Source: Pedobacter sp. (GTDB taxonomy: Bacteria > Bacteroidota > Bacteroidia > Sphingobacteriales > Sphingobacteriaceae). Taken from it: DNA of 64,000 bases. Under the pieces are notes generated by a model that saw only the letters and a list, made by a program, of their open reading frames with translations, was not told the origin of the DNA and did no database searches. A program made the translations under genes and the position numbers. How positions within the stretch are numbered: the stretch's first letter is position 1; each line of letters starts with the position of its first letter. The DNA is taken from positions 606-64,605 of the forward strand of contig JAKFCV010000003.1 of the NCBI GenBank assembly GCA_036676435.1, given 5' to 3'. Positions 1 through 10,728 of this stretch are shown here, piece after piece.

Positions 1-349
1 CACTCAGGGTTTCAAATGCTATGGAGTTTTTAACATAAATGCACAGCCTCCAATGGATGTTTTCAACCACAGCCATTTGATCTCCATTTTTAGTCGGAAG
101 GGAATTTATGAATAGATAGTCGGGGGAATGTTCAGCCAGATATTTTGCTACCAGATCTACATTCCGGGCGATAATATCCGGATGAGGAAAAACTTTTTCA
201 TTTATGCTCTGCAATATAAACTGCTCACTTGATCCGCTTACAGAAACCAGCCAGGTTGCATTGATATGACCCGTTCCAAATGTTCTATATGATACCTCAT
301 CTGGTGAAAAACCATATTCTTCAAGTACACTCTCTATTATTTTATTCAT
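1..349 (-). CDS. Aminoglycoside-phosphotransferase-fold kinase family protein; only the N-terminal 116 codons lie in the window
   Basis: Manual reverse translation from the ATG at 349-347 gives MNKIIESVLEEYGFSPDEVSYRTFGTGHINATWLV..., open to the window edge. The FGTGHINATW segment matches the N-lobe nucleotide-binding loop of APH/choline-kinase-fold kinases. This ORF is absent from the ORF track because it has no stop inside the window. Confidence 0.65.
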   Translation of the reverse strand, partial: MNKIIESVLEEYGFSPDEVSYRTFGTGHINATWLVSVSGSSEQFILQSINEKVFPHPDIIARNVDLVAKYLAEHSPDYLFINSLPTKNGDQMAVVENIHWRLCIYVKNSIAFETLS

Positions 350-405
350 CAGAGGTAAAAATATTGATTATATCTAAAATATTCATCGACCAGGAAATTC
401 AATAA

Positions 406-1698
406 TTAAACCGGACTGCTGATGGAATCTTTAAGCACAAGGGCCCGAAACTTAGCTGAAAAATATATGGCTGAAAAAACGGTTAATCCAAGTCCGGCTA
501 TGGAAAGTCCGATCACACTATTCGAGAAAAACGTAACCCAGTTCAACTGGACCTTAAAGATTTCTTTGCTCAGCAAAACCCCTACGCTACCCAGATAGCC
601 AAAGGAATCGGCCAGATAGATAAGAAAACCCACATTTCCGCTGTGCCGGAAGGTGGCGATCATGCGTTCAAAAAAAACAGAATTGAAAGGTATATAGACC
701 ATATACAATCCCAGGCCAACAATGGTCATCCACCAGATTGGCGCCAGGCTATCGTTTATAAATAGCCAGGAAGATACCCCGGCTAAAATAAACCCCATAC
801 CTATAAATAAATGGGAAAGCATCAGGGCTTTAAAGCTGTCGCGGATGAGGACCATACTTCCGATCAATACCAGAATTATAAGAGTTATCGGAGTTTCGGT
901 CTGTGCAAAAAGCTCAGGTTTGTCGAAAAAGCCCATTTCCTTCCACATCTCGGCACTAAAATTATCCCGGATGTCGCGGAAAATTGTGGCAAAACAATAA
1001 ATAAGAATGCATGCGGCAAGTCCCGGAAGAAACAACTTTATAAAGGCTTTGCGGTCAGCAGCAGACATTGGAACACGATTCATCCGGTCGGCCACATCTT
1101 CCTCATCAGGAGGGGGAATCTTCTCCATCATATACACGAAGATCAGCAATGGACCGGCGAAGACCAGGCCGGTATAAAAAGGAACCCAAAATTCGGATAC
1201 ATTAAAATGAAGCATTAACCAGCCTCCGACAGATTTTACAAAACCAGATGCAAAGATAAAACTCACAGCAAGCGTAGCACCAATGAAATCGGTGCTCCTT
1301 CTCCCTTCAACATAAGAAAACACCACCCCCCACAGCATCCCCAGGGGAAAGCCGTTAATAAACAAAAATGCAATATTGTATGGTGGAGGCACCAGCGCAA
1401 AAAAGAGCCAGCATAGCCAGGCTATTGCAGTAAGCAGAAGAATGATCTTACCCCTCCCCTGCCTTTTGAGTTCAGATATATATTTAATTCCATAAAATTT
1501 GGCAAGCATATAACCCAGAACCTGGCTGATCACCAATAGGGTCTTATAACTGTAACCTGCAATTTCATAACCGTCAAATGTTGCTACGGTGAATGACTTT
1601 CGGAACCCAAATACCATAATGTAGGTCAGAAATACGGTTATGGCGGTATACAGGCCTACCTGTATACTGTTGCCCTTTATAAAATTCGGCTTAATCAT
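406..1698 (-). CDS. Polytopic membrane protein, MFS-like (DUF5690-type) putative transporter
   Basis: 430-aa ORF with about 12 hydrophobic segments spread evenly along its length. It shares the strand with the upstream kinase-like gene. Confidence 0.75.
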   Translation of the reverse strand: MIKPNFIKGNSIQVGLYTAITVFLTYIMVFGFRKSFTVATFDGYEIAGYSYKTLLVISQVLGYMLAKFYGIKYISELKRQGRGKIILLLTAIAWLCWLFFALVPPPYNIAFLFINGFPLGMLWGVVFSYVEGRRSTDFIGATLAVSFIFASGFVKSVGGWLMLHFNVSEFWVPFYTGLVFAGPLLIFVYMMEKIPPPDEEDVADRMNRVPMSAADRKAFIKLFLPGLAACILIYCFATIFRDIRDNFSAEMWKEMGFFDKPELFAQTETPITLIILVLIGSMVLIRDSFKALMLSHLFIGMGFILAGVSSWLFINDSLAPIWWMTIVGLGLYMVYIPFNSVFFERMIATFRHSGNVGFLIYLADSFGYLGSVGVLLSKEIFKVQLNWVTFFSNSVIGLSIAGLGLTVFSAIYFSAKFRALVLKDSISSPV

Positions 1699-1866
1699 TA
1701 AGGAAGGTCAGATTCAAATTTCGGTAATCAGGAAGGAAGGTAATAAAACATTTAATAATGAAGAAGCCTTAAGAAATATATGCGGCCAGGCTTGAGGTTT
1801 AAATCCCGGAATTTATTTCCAAATTAGCGGGCTGATAGGTTTAGCCTGTTAAAATTAAAGTGAAAC

Positions 1867-2754
1867 ATGAAAATCGCATACGTTTGTTATAAGGATGGGC
1901 AGTTTGGAAATACTGTTAAAAGTGAAGATGAAATACTATTTAATTACCTGATTGAGAAAGGACTTAACATTGCCACGGTAACCTGGACGGATCCTGACAT
2001 AGACTGGAAGGATTTTGAACTGGTAATTCTCAAGTCTCCATGGGATTATTTTGAACAGATCGATAATTTTTATGCCTGGCTTAATAAACTGGTCGGATTA
2101 GGTGTAAGGCTATTAAATCCGCCAGCTACCATCAAATGGAATTCAGATAAGCATTATTTAAATGAGATTGATGAAGCAGGCCTGCCGGTTATCCCAAGTA
2201 TCTTTCTAGAAAAAAATGAATTTCCCGACATAGCGGTTTATTTTGAAAGATTAAAAACCAATAAGATCATCATAAAACCCTGTGTGAGTGCAGGATCAGT
2301 AAACACCTTCAAGGTTGCGCAGGAAGAGACTTCCGAATGGAATTCGAAACTTAAGGAGCTTCTGAAAAATGAAGCCTTTATCGTTCAGCCATTTGTGGAT
2401 GAGATCCAAACAGATGGTGAATATTCTTTTCTTTTCTTTAATGGGAAATTCAGTCATCATGTATTAAAAAAGGCAAAAGAGGGTGATTTTCGGGTACAAT
2501 CAAGTTACGGCGGAAGTATTCATACTCCTGAAATGTCTTCTGATCTTATCGATCAGGCGCAGCAATATTCGGATAAATTTGCCAAAGACTGCTTGTACGC
2601 ACGCGTAGATGGAATTATTAGAAACGGGAAATTCAGCTTAATGGAGCTCGAACTTATTGAGCCTTTTTTATTTCTGGCTCAAAATGAAAATAGCTATCAG
2701 AATTATTATTCCGCAATTAAAGATCTTCTTATTTTGCATACCGAGGAGAAATAA
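1867..2754 (+). CDS. ATP-grasp fold protein (RimK/glutathione-synthetase-like ligase)
   Basis: 295-aa ORF. The central IIIKPCVSAGSVNTFKV and FIVQPFVDEI..GEYSFLFFNG segments and the C-terminal LMELELIEP resemble ATP-grasp nucleotide-binding elements. Confidence 0.65.
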   Translation: MKIAYVCYKDGQFGNTVKSEDEILFNYLIEKGLNIATVTWTDPDIDWKDFELVILKSPWDYFEQIDNFYAWLNKLVGLGVRLLNPPATIKWNSDKHYLNEIDEAGLPVIPSIFLEKNEFPDIAVYFERLKTNKIIIKPCVSAGSVNTFKVAQEETSEWNSKLKELLKNEAFIVQPFVDEIQTDGEYSFLFFNGKFSHHVLKKAKEGDFRVQSSYGGSIHTPEMSSDLIDQAQQYSDKFAKDCLYARVDGIIRNGKFSLMELELIEPFLFLAQNENSYQNYYSAIKDLLILHTEEK

Positions 2755-2782
2755 AATGGCATATTAACCAAAATGATAAAAG

Positions 2783-3658
2783 ATGAAAATACAATATGTA
2801 CTATATGTTCTACTGCTTATTAACTTAAGCTCATCACAGGCAAAACAAAAGCCTCTTCAGATCATTATGATAGGCGCTCATCCAGATGATTGTGATATAA
2901 AGGGAGGTGGAACAGCCGCGCTTTTTATTGCGATGGGACATAATGTCAAATTTTTATCTGTCACCAACGGTGATGCCGGACACATGAAGGAAGGCGGAGG
3001 CATGCTTGCAAAAAGAAGACTGGAGGAAACTAAAGAAGTTGCAAGAAGACTTGGTGTAACCTATGAGGTACTTGATAATCATGACGGGGAGCTATTGGCT
3101 ACTTTACCGATCAGGCTGGAAATCATCAGAAGGATCAGGGATTGGAAAGCGGATATAGTAATTGCACCAAGACCAAATGACTATCATCCGGATCATCGCT
3201 ATACAGCCATTTTAGTTCAGGATGCTGCTTTCATGGTTGGGGTTCCCAATGTAGCCTCTGACAGCCCTCCCCTGGCTAAAAATCCGGTCTTTCTTTACTT
3301 TCAGGATAATTTCAAAAAGCCTAATCCCTTCCAGCCTGATATTGCAGTTGACATCTCTTCGGTGATCAATATCAAAATACATAGTATGGATGCGCACCAG
3401 TCACAATTTTATGAATGGCTTCCCTGGATAAGCAGGTATTCCGGACAGATACCCAAGGGACAGGATGAGCGGGAAGCATGGTTGAAAAGTAGCCGGGGGA
3501 CCGGGCTTTCTCCGGAAGTTAAGGTCAGTCTAAGCAAATGGTATGGTAATCAAAGGGCGGAACAGGCCAGCTTTGCAGAGTCATTTGAAATATGTGAATA
3601 TGGAAGCCGGCCTGATGAACAGGAAATCAAAAGGTTATTTCCTATGTTGGGAAAATAA
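2783..3658 (+). CDS. Secreted PIG-L/LmbE family N-acetylglucosaminyl deacetylase
   Basis: Has an N-terminal signal peptide (MKIQYVLYVLLLINLSSSQA), the AHPDDCD metal-binding motif and the downstream HPDH motif typical of the PIG-L family. Confidence 0.85.
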   Translation: MKIQYVLYVLLLINLSSSQAKQKPLQIIMIGAHPDDCDIKGGGTAALFIAMGHNVKFLSVTNGDAGHMKEGGGMLAKRRLEETKEVARRLGVTYEVLDNHDGELLATLPIRLEIIRRIRDWKADIVIAPRPNDYHPDHRYTAILVQDAAFMVGVPNVASDSPPLAKNPVFLYFQDNFKKPNPFQPDIAVDISSVINIKIHSMDAHQSQFYEWLPWISRYSGQIPKGQDEREAWLKSSRGTGLSPEVKVSLSKWYGNQRAEQASFAESFEICEYGSRPDEQEIKRLFPMLGK

Positions 3659-3723
3659 ACCCACTTAGAAAATAACCCTTTGATCAAAATTATATAATAC
3701 CTGAGATTCTGTATTGTAATATT

Positions 3724-4104
3724 TTAAAGATTGTTATTCTTATTCAGTTCCTCAGCTGAAGTACCGCCCGTGTTATCAACATGATTAAATCCTTTTTTAG
3801 GATAGGTGATCTTTTCGCCCGCACTGTTTGTATTTCCTCGTTTATTAGGATCAATCTCGTTCCTTGCGTAGCTGCCCTCAGGTGCCTTTTTCGATTTATC
3901 GCGAAGGGAGTGATCCTCTTCATTCTCGCGAATTCCTCTCTCATTAACCGGATCCGTAGAAAGTCTTTCAGTCATTTTGTGAAAACTTCCTTTAGGTTTC
4001 TGATCGATTCCCCCATCACCCCCGATGGTACCGGCATTATTACGGCTCAGTGAAGACTGCTGTGTCCTTTCGATTTTTTTTCTTCCTTTTTTATCAGTTG
4101 CCAT
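3724..4104 (-). CDS. Small, highly hydrophilic, probably disordered protein of unknown function
   Basis: 126-aa ORF rich in K/R/E/D/G/N/S with no hydrophobic core. Overlapping alternative-frame ORFs are shorter. Coding status is moderate. Confidence 0.5.
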   Translation of the reverse strand: MATDKKGRKKIERTQQSSLSRNNAGTIGGDGGIDQKPKGSFHKMTERLSTDPVNERGIRENEEDHSLRDKSKKAPEGSYARNEIDPNKRGNTNSAGEKITYPKKGFNHVDNTGGTSAEELNKNNNL

Positions 4105-4176
4105 GATCTTGAATTTAGGTGTTATTTTTTAACAGAAATAAATTCAAAATGTTCACTTTCAGATGAAATAAGGATT

Positions 4177-4401
4177 TTACTGGGGCTTTGGTCCCCGTTT
4201 GTAGATGATCAGACCATTTAAAAAATTGCGCAGAATCTGGTCTCCGCAGGGCTTGAAGTTCTCATGTTCCTTATTCCGGAAGATGGCTGCCAGTTCAGAT
4301 TTAGTAATTGAAAAATCAACAAGTTTCAGGATATCCACAATCTCCTGATCGTTTAGCTTAAGCGCTACACGAAGCTTTTTCATGATATCGTTATTGCTCA
4401 T
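4177..4401 (-). CDS. DUF1456 (YehS-like) family protein
   Basis: 74-aa ORF. The pattern MKKLRVALKLNDQEIVDIL...SKSELAAIFR is typical of DUF1456 repeats. Its start lies 5 nt downstream of the helicase stop. Confidence 0.7.
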   Translation of the reverse strand: MSNNDIMKKLRVALKLNDQEIVDILKLVDFSITKSELAAIFRNKEHENFKPCGDQILRNFLNGLIIYKRGPKPQ

Positions 4402-4406
4402 GGTAT

Positions 4407-5708
4407 TTATCTGGAAATTTCAATTTTAACCCGTTTATTCTTTATTTTCTCATTTTTAATGAGCTCAACAACCTTCTGTATTTTAGAGCGATGCACTGCT
4501 GCATAGGATGAATAATCCTGAACTTCAATCAGCCCAAGTTCATCCTTAGCCAGTTTTGCCTTTTGAAGAAGAAGTCCGACTATATCTATTTTATTGATCT
4601 TATCCTTTTTACCTGCCCCAATATACAGCGTTGACCATGGTGAATTTTCAGGAGCAACAGGATTTTCCGGTAATTCTTCCCTTTCCGTTATACCGGATAA
4701 AAATGAAGGGTTCTCTTCTGCAGTCAGAATGACATAGGCAGTCCCTTTGGAGTGCATCCGGGCGGTTCTGCCATTCCGGTGAAGAAATGCTTCTTCATTA
4801 TGAGGTAACTGATAATGGATCACATATTCTATGTCAGGAATGTCCAATCCGCGCGAAGCCAGATCTGTAGTTATAAGCAAACGGTAGCTGCCGTTTCTGA
4901 ATTTAAGCAAAGCCTTTTCCCGTTCGTCCTGTTCCATTCCGCCATGAAAAATACCATGGTCCAATCCCATATCCCATAGAAGTCCGCTTATCCTGTCAAC
5001 CGCCTCGCGGTGATTGCAAAACACGAGAGTGGGCTTGCCCTTCGTCTGGCAAATCAGTGAAAAAAGAGTTTCAAGCTTTTCAGCAGCATCAGAGATAACA
5101 GCTTTTATCTGAAGATCCGGCAGGCTATTATTATCCTTTAAAAAGTTAATCTCGACAGGTTTAGAGACTCCCGTAAAAAGTGGAATTTCAGTCATTTTAG
5201 TCGCCGAGGTGAGTATTCTCCGGTTTACATTTTTAAGCCGGCTTATGATAAAAGCCATGTCCTCTTCATATCCAAATTCAAGAGCCTTATCAAACTCATC
5301 TAAAATCAGGGTAAGGATATTATCAGTTTCAAAGTTCTGGTTGCGTATGTGATAGGATATCCGGCCGGGGGTACCAATTAATACAGAAGGAGCCTGAATC
5401 AGATTATTCTTTTCGGTTTTAACCGGATGTCCGCCATAGCAACAGTTTACCTTAAATCCGGTTCCCATGGTTTTAAATACTTGTTCGATTTGCAGAGCAA
5501 GCTCCCGGGAAGGAACCAGGATAAGCGATTGAACACCCGGCAACTTTGGATCAAGACGTTTTAATACAGGCAATAAAAATGCTAGGGTTTTACCTGAGCC
5601 CGTTGGAGACAAGATAATGGTATCGTTTTTCAGGGCAGATTTGATCGCAACCAGCTGCATCTCGTTTAATGCTGCGATCTTTAAATTACTTAATACCTTT
5701 TCTGTCAT
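4407..5708 (-). CDS. DEAD-box RNA helicase with a C-terminal DbpA-type RNA-binding domain (motif II variant DEFD)
   Basis: Helicase motifs present: SPTGSGKT (I), PSRELA (Ia), GTPGR, LDEFD (II), SAT (III), RGLDI (V) and HRNGRTAR (VI). The C-terminal roughly 70 aa resemble the DbpA RNA-binding domain. Confidence 0.9.
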   Translation of the reverse strand: MTEKVLSNLKIAALNEMQLVAIKSALKNDTIILSPTGSGKTLAFLLPVLKRLDPKLPGVQSLILVPSRELALQIEQVFKTMGTGFKVNCCYGGHPVKTEKNNLIQAPSVLIGTPGRISYHIRNQNFETDNILTLILDEFDKALEFGYEEDMAFIISRLKNVNRRILTSATKMTEIPLFTGVSKPVEINFLKDNNSLPDLQIKAVISDAAEKLETLFSLICQTKGKPTLVFCNHREAVDRISGLLWDMGLDHGIFHGGMEQDEREKALLKFRNGSYRLLITTDLASRGLDIPDIEYVIHYQLPHNEEAFLHRNGRTARMHSKGTAYVILTAEENPSFLSGITEREELPENPVAPENSPWSTLYIGAGKKDKINKIDIVGLLLQKAKLAKDELGLIEVQDYSSYAAVHRSKIQKVVELIKNEKIKNKRVKIEISR

Positions 5709-5868
5709 TAGATTCTAAATTACAAAGGTACTAGAATTATAATTGATGGGTTTAAACAATTTTTCCATTAATAAGGCAATTTAATTTCAAATAAGGCGTA
5801 TTTATTGATGCAACATTTTCCATATTTTCGTAGCCAAATTCAATATTTACCTTTATAGTTTACATTTA

Positions 5869-6753
5869 ATGATCCAAAAATCAACAATCTGCCTTTTTTT
5901 AACGGGGATGCTTTACCTGAGCGCCTGCCAGTCCAATTCTAAACCAGTGCTTAAGTCTGCAGAAGGTACAGAAGCTCAGAACATTAATCCAAATACGGAA
6001 GAACAGGATGAAAGCAGTAAGGATGAGGCTATTCATTCCGGAAAAAAAGTTGCCTCTGCCGCCGAAATTTTAGCGAGACCGCAGGTACCCATTTTATGTT
6101 ATCATCAAATAAGAAGCTGGACTTCTTCAGACGGAAAAGTAGGAAAAGATTATATCGTACAGCCTGCGGAATTCAAATCACAAATGAAAATGCTGGCTGA
6201 CAGCGGCTATAATACAATTCTCCCTGACCAGCTGTATAATTATCTTGCCTACGGAACAAAGTTACCAAGTAAGCCGATTATGCTCACGTTTGATGATACC
6301 AAGCTCGACCAGTATACTGTTGCCTTACCGGAGATGAAAAAATATGGATTTAAAGGGGTGTTCTTTATTATGACCGTTTCACTCGGCAAGCCAAATTACA
6401 TGAGTAAAGCACAGGTAAAAGCATTATCTGATGCAGGACACGTAATAGGTTCACATACCTATGATCATCAGAACGTTAAAAACTATCAGGGTGAAGATTG
6501 GGTAAAGCAAATTGAAAAGCCAACCAAAACCCTGATGGAGATCACAGGTAAAGAAGTGAAGTATTTTGCTTATCCTTTTGGATTATGGAATAAAGAAGCC
6601 ATTCCGGAATTGAAAAAGAGAGGATTTAGCTCGGCTTTTATTCTGGCGGAAAAAAGGGATGAAAATGACCCTCTGTATACAATCCGAAGGATCATTGCGA
6701 GCGGTTACTGGAATACACGTACACTCCATAACAGCATTGTTAAAAGTTTTTAA
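5869..6753 (+). CDS. Polysaccharide deacetylase (NodB/CE4) lipoprotein
   Basis: Lipobox LYLSAC, then LTFDDT (motif 1) and GSHTYDH (motif 2) of NodB-homology deacetylases. Confidence 0.85.
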   Translation: MIQKSTICLFLTGMLYLSACQSNSKPVLKSAEGTEAQNINPNTEEQDESSKDEAIHSGKKVASAAEILARPQVPILCYHQIRSWTSSDGKVGKDYIVQPAEFKSQMKMLADSGYNTILPDQLYNYLAYGTKLPSKPIMLTFDDTKLDQYTVALPEMKKYGFKGVFFIMTVSLGKPNYMSKAQVKALSDAGHVIGSHTYDHQNVKNYQGEDWVKQIEKPTKTLMEITGKEVKYFAYPFGLWNKEAIPELKKRGFSSAFILAEKRDENDPLYTIRRIIASGYWNTRTLHNSIVKSF

Positions 6754-6829
6754 CTATGGGTTTACATTTTAAGGTTGGGTTCATCAATTAATTGATAGAT
6801 ATCTTATATTCGTAAATAAAAAACCAATT

Positions 6830-7342
6830 ATGAAAAAATTAATAGTATTTACAATGATAGCCGGTTTGTTTACAAGTTTAAACTCTTCGGCTCAGCAGGA
6901 TAAAAGCAAAAGACCAAGTCCTCCTGATAAAGTTACTCAGACCCTGGCTTCAGGCGCAGTAATATCTATCGACTATAGCCGGCCTTCAATTAAAGGGAGA
7001 TCAATGGATGTGCTAGCCCCTGCTGGAAAAGTATGGCGTACAGGAGCAAACGAGGCTACAGTATTTGAAACCAGTAAAGATGTTACTATACAGGGTAAAA
7101 AACTTCCAGCAGGCAAATATAGTTTATACACAATTCCGGGTTCTAAACAATGGACCATTATTTTTAATAAGACCTGGAATCAGTGGGGAACCGTATATAA
7201 AGTTGCTGATGATGCCCTTAGAGTTAATGTTAAGCCAGGGAAATCAGACAAGTTCACTGAGATGATGACATTTAGCATAGCAAAAAACGGAAAAGTTTCA
7301 TTGTTATGGGCCAATACCCGCGTCGATTTTAAGGTTCAATAA
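6830..7342 (+). CDS. Secreted DUF2911 family protein
   Basis: Has a signal peptide plus the WRTGANEAT and GKYSLYTIP motifs characteristic of DUF2911. Confidence 0.75.
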   Translation: MKKLIVFTMIAGLFTSLNSSAQQDKSKRPSPPDKVTQTLASGAVISIDYSRPSIKGRSMDVLAPAGKVWRTGANEATVFETSKDVTIQGKKLPAGKYSLYTIPGSKQWTIIFNKTWNQWGTVYKVADDALRVNVKPGKSDKFTEMMTFSIAKNGKVSLLWANTRVDFKVQ

Positions 7343-7361
7343 TTATTTTTCTATATATTAG

Positions 7362-7393
7362 AAGGGCTTAAGTTTATACTTAAGCCCTTTTTT
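7362..7393 (+). terminator. Rho-independent terminator after the DUF2911 gene
   Basis: Perfect 12-bp stem AAGGGCTTAAGT / ACTTAAGCCCTT with loop TTAT, followed by a T-run. Confidence 0.8.
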
Positions 7394-7418
7394 ATGTTAT
7401 GGATAATTCACTAACTCT

Positions 7419-8327
7419 ATGAAGATTATTAATACCTACTTATTAATCCCATTATTAAGCTTATTGACCCTTTTCTCTTGTAAATCCGGATCCTCATTAA
7501 ATTCCACCAAAGACAATATCGATTACATTTACAATGACTTTAAGCCTGATGAATTCTATCCTGCCGGGCAGGTTGAGCTGCAGATTAAATCAAAGGGCTC
7601 GACTATGTACGGCATGGCCTATACAGCAAATGGCAAAGGTCCACATCCAACACTAATTTTATTGCATGGTTTGCCTGGCAACGAACGGGGTTTAGATATA
7701 GCTCAAAGCCTTAGGCGTGCAGGTTACAACGTTTTGTATTTTAATTATCGCGGAAGCTGGGGCAGCAAAGGCACTTTTGGGTTCCAGAATGCCATAGATG
7801 ACGTGAAAGAGACCATTAATTATTTAAGCGATTCTTTAAACAGGGAAAGCTTAAAGGTGGATCATGAACGTATTTTTATTGCCGGCCATAGCATGGGTGC
7901 GGGAATAGGCTTAATTGCGGGGCTACAGGACCCTAGGATAAAGGGAGTTGTTGGTGTCTCTGTATTCAATCCATATACGCTCTTACAGGGAGATTCTGCT
8001 CCCGGAGCATTAATAAGTCTTAAAGAGTATCTCTTAACGCTGGGAATGCTGAATTGTAATCCTAACAAGTTCCTGGACGATATTCTTGGGAATTTGGATA
8101 ATTACAATATTGAAAAAATAGTAGCCGGTTCAGATAAACCTCTTCTCGTAATTGATGAACATATGAATAACAACTATTTCACAAAGTACAATAACAAAAA
8201 AAAGGACTTCGAATATAAGCTTTGGAATACAGACCACGCTTTTTCAAACAGACGGATAGCTTTAACCAAAGAGATAAAAAACTGGCTTGATAAATATAAC
8301 AAGCCAGAGGAACGCGCTATTAAATAA
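7419..8327 (+). CDS. Alpha/beta hydrolase (serine hydrolase) lipoprotein
   Basis: Lipobox LFSC, oxyanion-region HGLPG and nucleophile elbow GHSMG. Confidence 0.8.
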   Translation: MKIINTYLLIPLLSLLTLFSCKSGSSLNSTKDNIDYIYNDFKPDEFYPAGQVELQIKSKGSTMYGMAYTANGKGPHPTLILLHGLPGNERGLDIAQSLRRAGYNVLYFNYRGSWGSKGTFGFQNAIDDVKETINYLSDSLNRESLKVDHERIFIAGHSMGAGIGLIAGLQDPRIKGVVGVSVFNPYTLLQGDSAPGALISLKEYLLTLGMLNCNPNKFLDDILGNLDNYNIEKIVAGSDKPLLVIDEHMNNNYFTKYNNKKKDFEYKLWNTDHAFSNRRIALTKEIKNWLDKYNKPEERAIK

Positions 8328-8341
8328 AAAAGTGCATCCTG

Positions 8342-8794
8342 CTAAGAAACATACTCTATTTTAAAACTTTTTCCATTAAAGTCGAATTCTGCCCCCTGTT
8401 TTTGGTTCATCAATTTAATCCCTATGGGAGAAACAGCCGAAATAGCAAAATAATTGCTGCCTTCAAATAATATCTGTCCCCTGCTTATGCTGATGTAAAA
8501 CTTACCAAAGTTCGTGTCGACGAGGCTTCCATTTTGAACCGTATCCGTAGTTTTCAAAGGATCGATCTGTTGCAAAAGCAATTTGAGTTTCTGAGTTTCC
8601 TCTAATTGCCTACGGTTTCTGTCAATTTCCTGCTGCATCATCTCCCGGGTAGTTTCATATTTATCACCGGCACTGCTTTTGGTATCATCATTTGCTGATT
8701 CACGGGCGGCATTTATCGCTTGCTGGGCGCTGTTAATACGCTCGTCAAGATATTCCATGCATACTTTATGAAGATGTTCTTTAATCCGGATCAT
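8342..8794 (-). CDS. GreA/GreB-C-terminal-domain-like protein with an N-terminal coiled coil
   Basis: Coiled-coil N-terminus (SSAGDKYETTREMMQQE...) and a C-terminal SPIGIKLMNQKQG segment resembling the Gre-factor C-terminal domain. I prefer the second in-frame ATG (MIRIKEHL...); the track start at 8809 is also possible. Confidence 0.6.
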   Translation of the reverse strand: MIRIKEHLHKVCMEYLDERINSAQQAINAARESANDDTKSSAGDKYETTREMMQQEIDRNRRQLEETQKLKLLLQQIDPLKTTDTVQNGSLVDTNFGKFYISISRGQILFEGSNYFAISAVSPIGIKLMNQKQGAEFDFNGKSFKIEYVS

Positions 8795-8962
8795 AAAACA
8801 AAGAAGCATAAATTTTAAAACAATCGGAGATGTTTTTTAATGCCATATACATTTATTTACATTCTTCACAGAAGCTTTGTTTCAAACTTCTTCAGCGGAA
8901 TTTTGATCACTTCCGTCTGCGGCTGGTAAAATTTGCCGTAAAACCGGTTAAATCCGAGCTAA

Positions 8963-10663
<1,701 letters not shown>

Positions 10664-10672
10664 AAAAATAAA

Positions 10673-10716
10673 AAGCAAAAAAAAGCCATTGGACTATTGT
10701 TCAATGGCTTTTTTTA
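10673..10716. terminator. Bidirectional rho-independent terminator between convergent genes
   Basis: Stem AAAAGCCATTG / CAATGGCTTTT is flanked by an A-run on the left and a T-run on the right. Confidence 0.75.
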
Positions 10717-10728
10717 TTCTCAAAATAA

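Noticed and set aside
722-1218. Plus-strand ORFs 722-1000 and 811-1218 inside the DUF5690 membrane-protein gene
   Set aside because: They are shadow ORFs antisense to a longer ORF with coherent TM topology. Their translations are low-complexity and have no motifs. The same reasoning applies to other antisense track ORFs: 3212-3397, 6973-7158, 7862-8068, 11335-11778, 15612-15815, 16696-17157, 16940-17255, 23545-23832, 28212-29019, 34630-35106, 35225-35551, 46042-46598, 48752-49012, 54807-55584 and 55869-56473.
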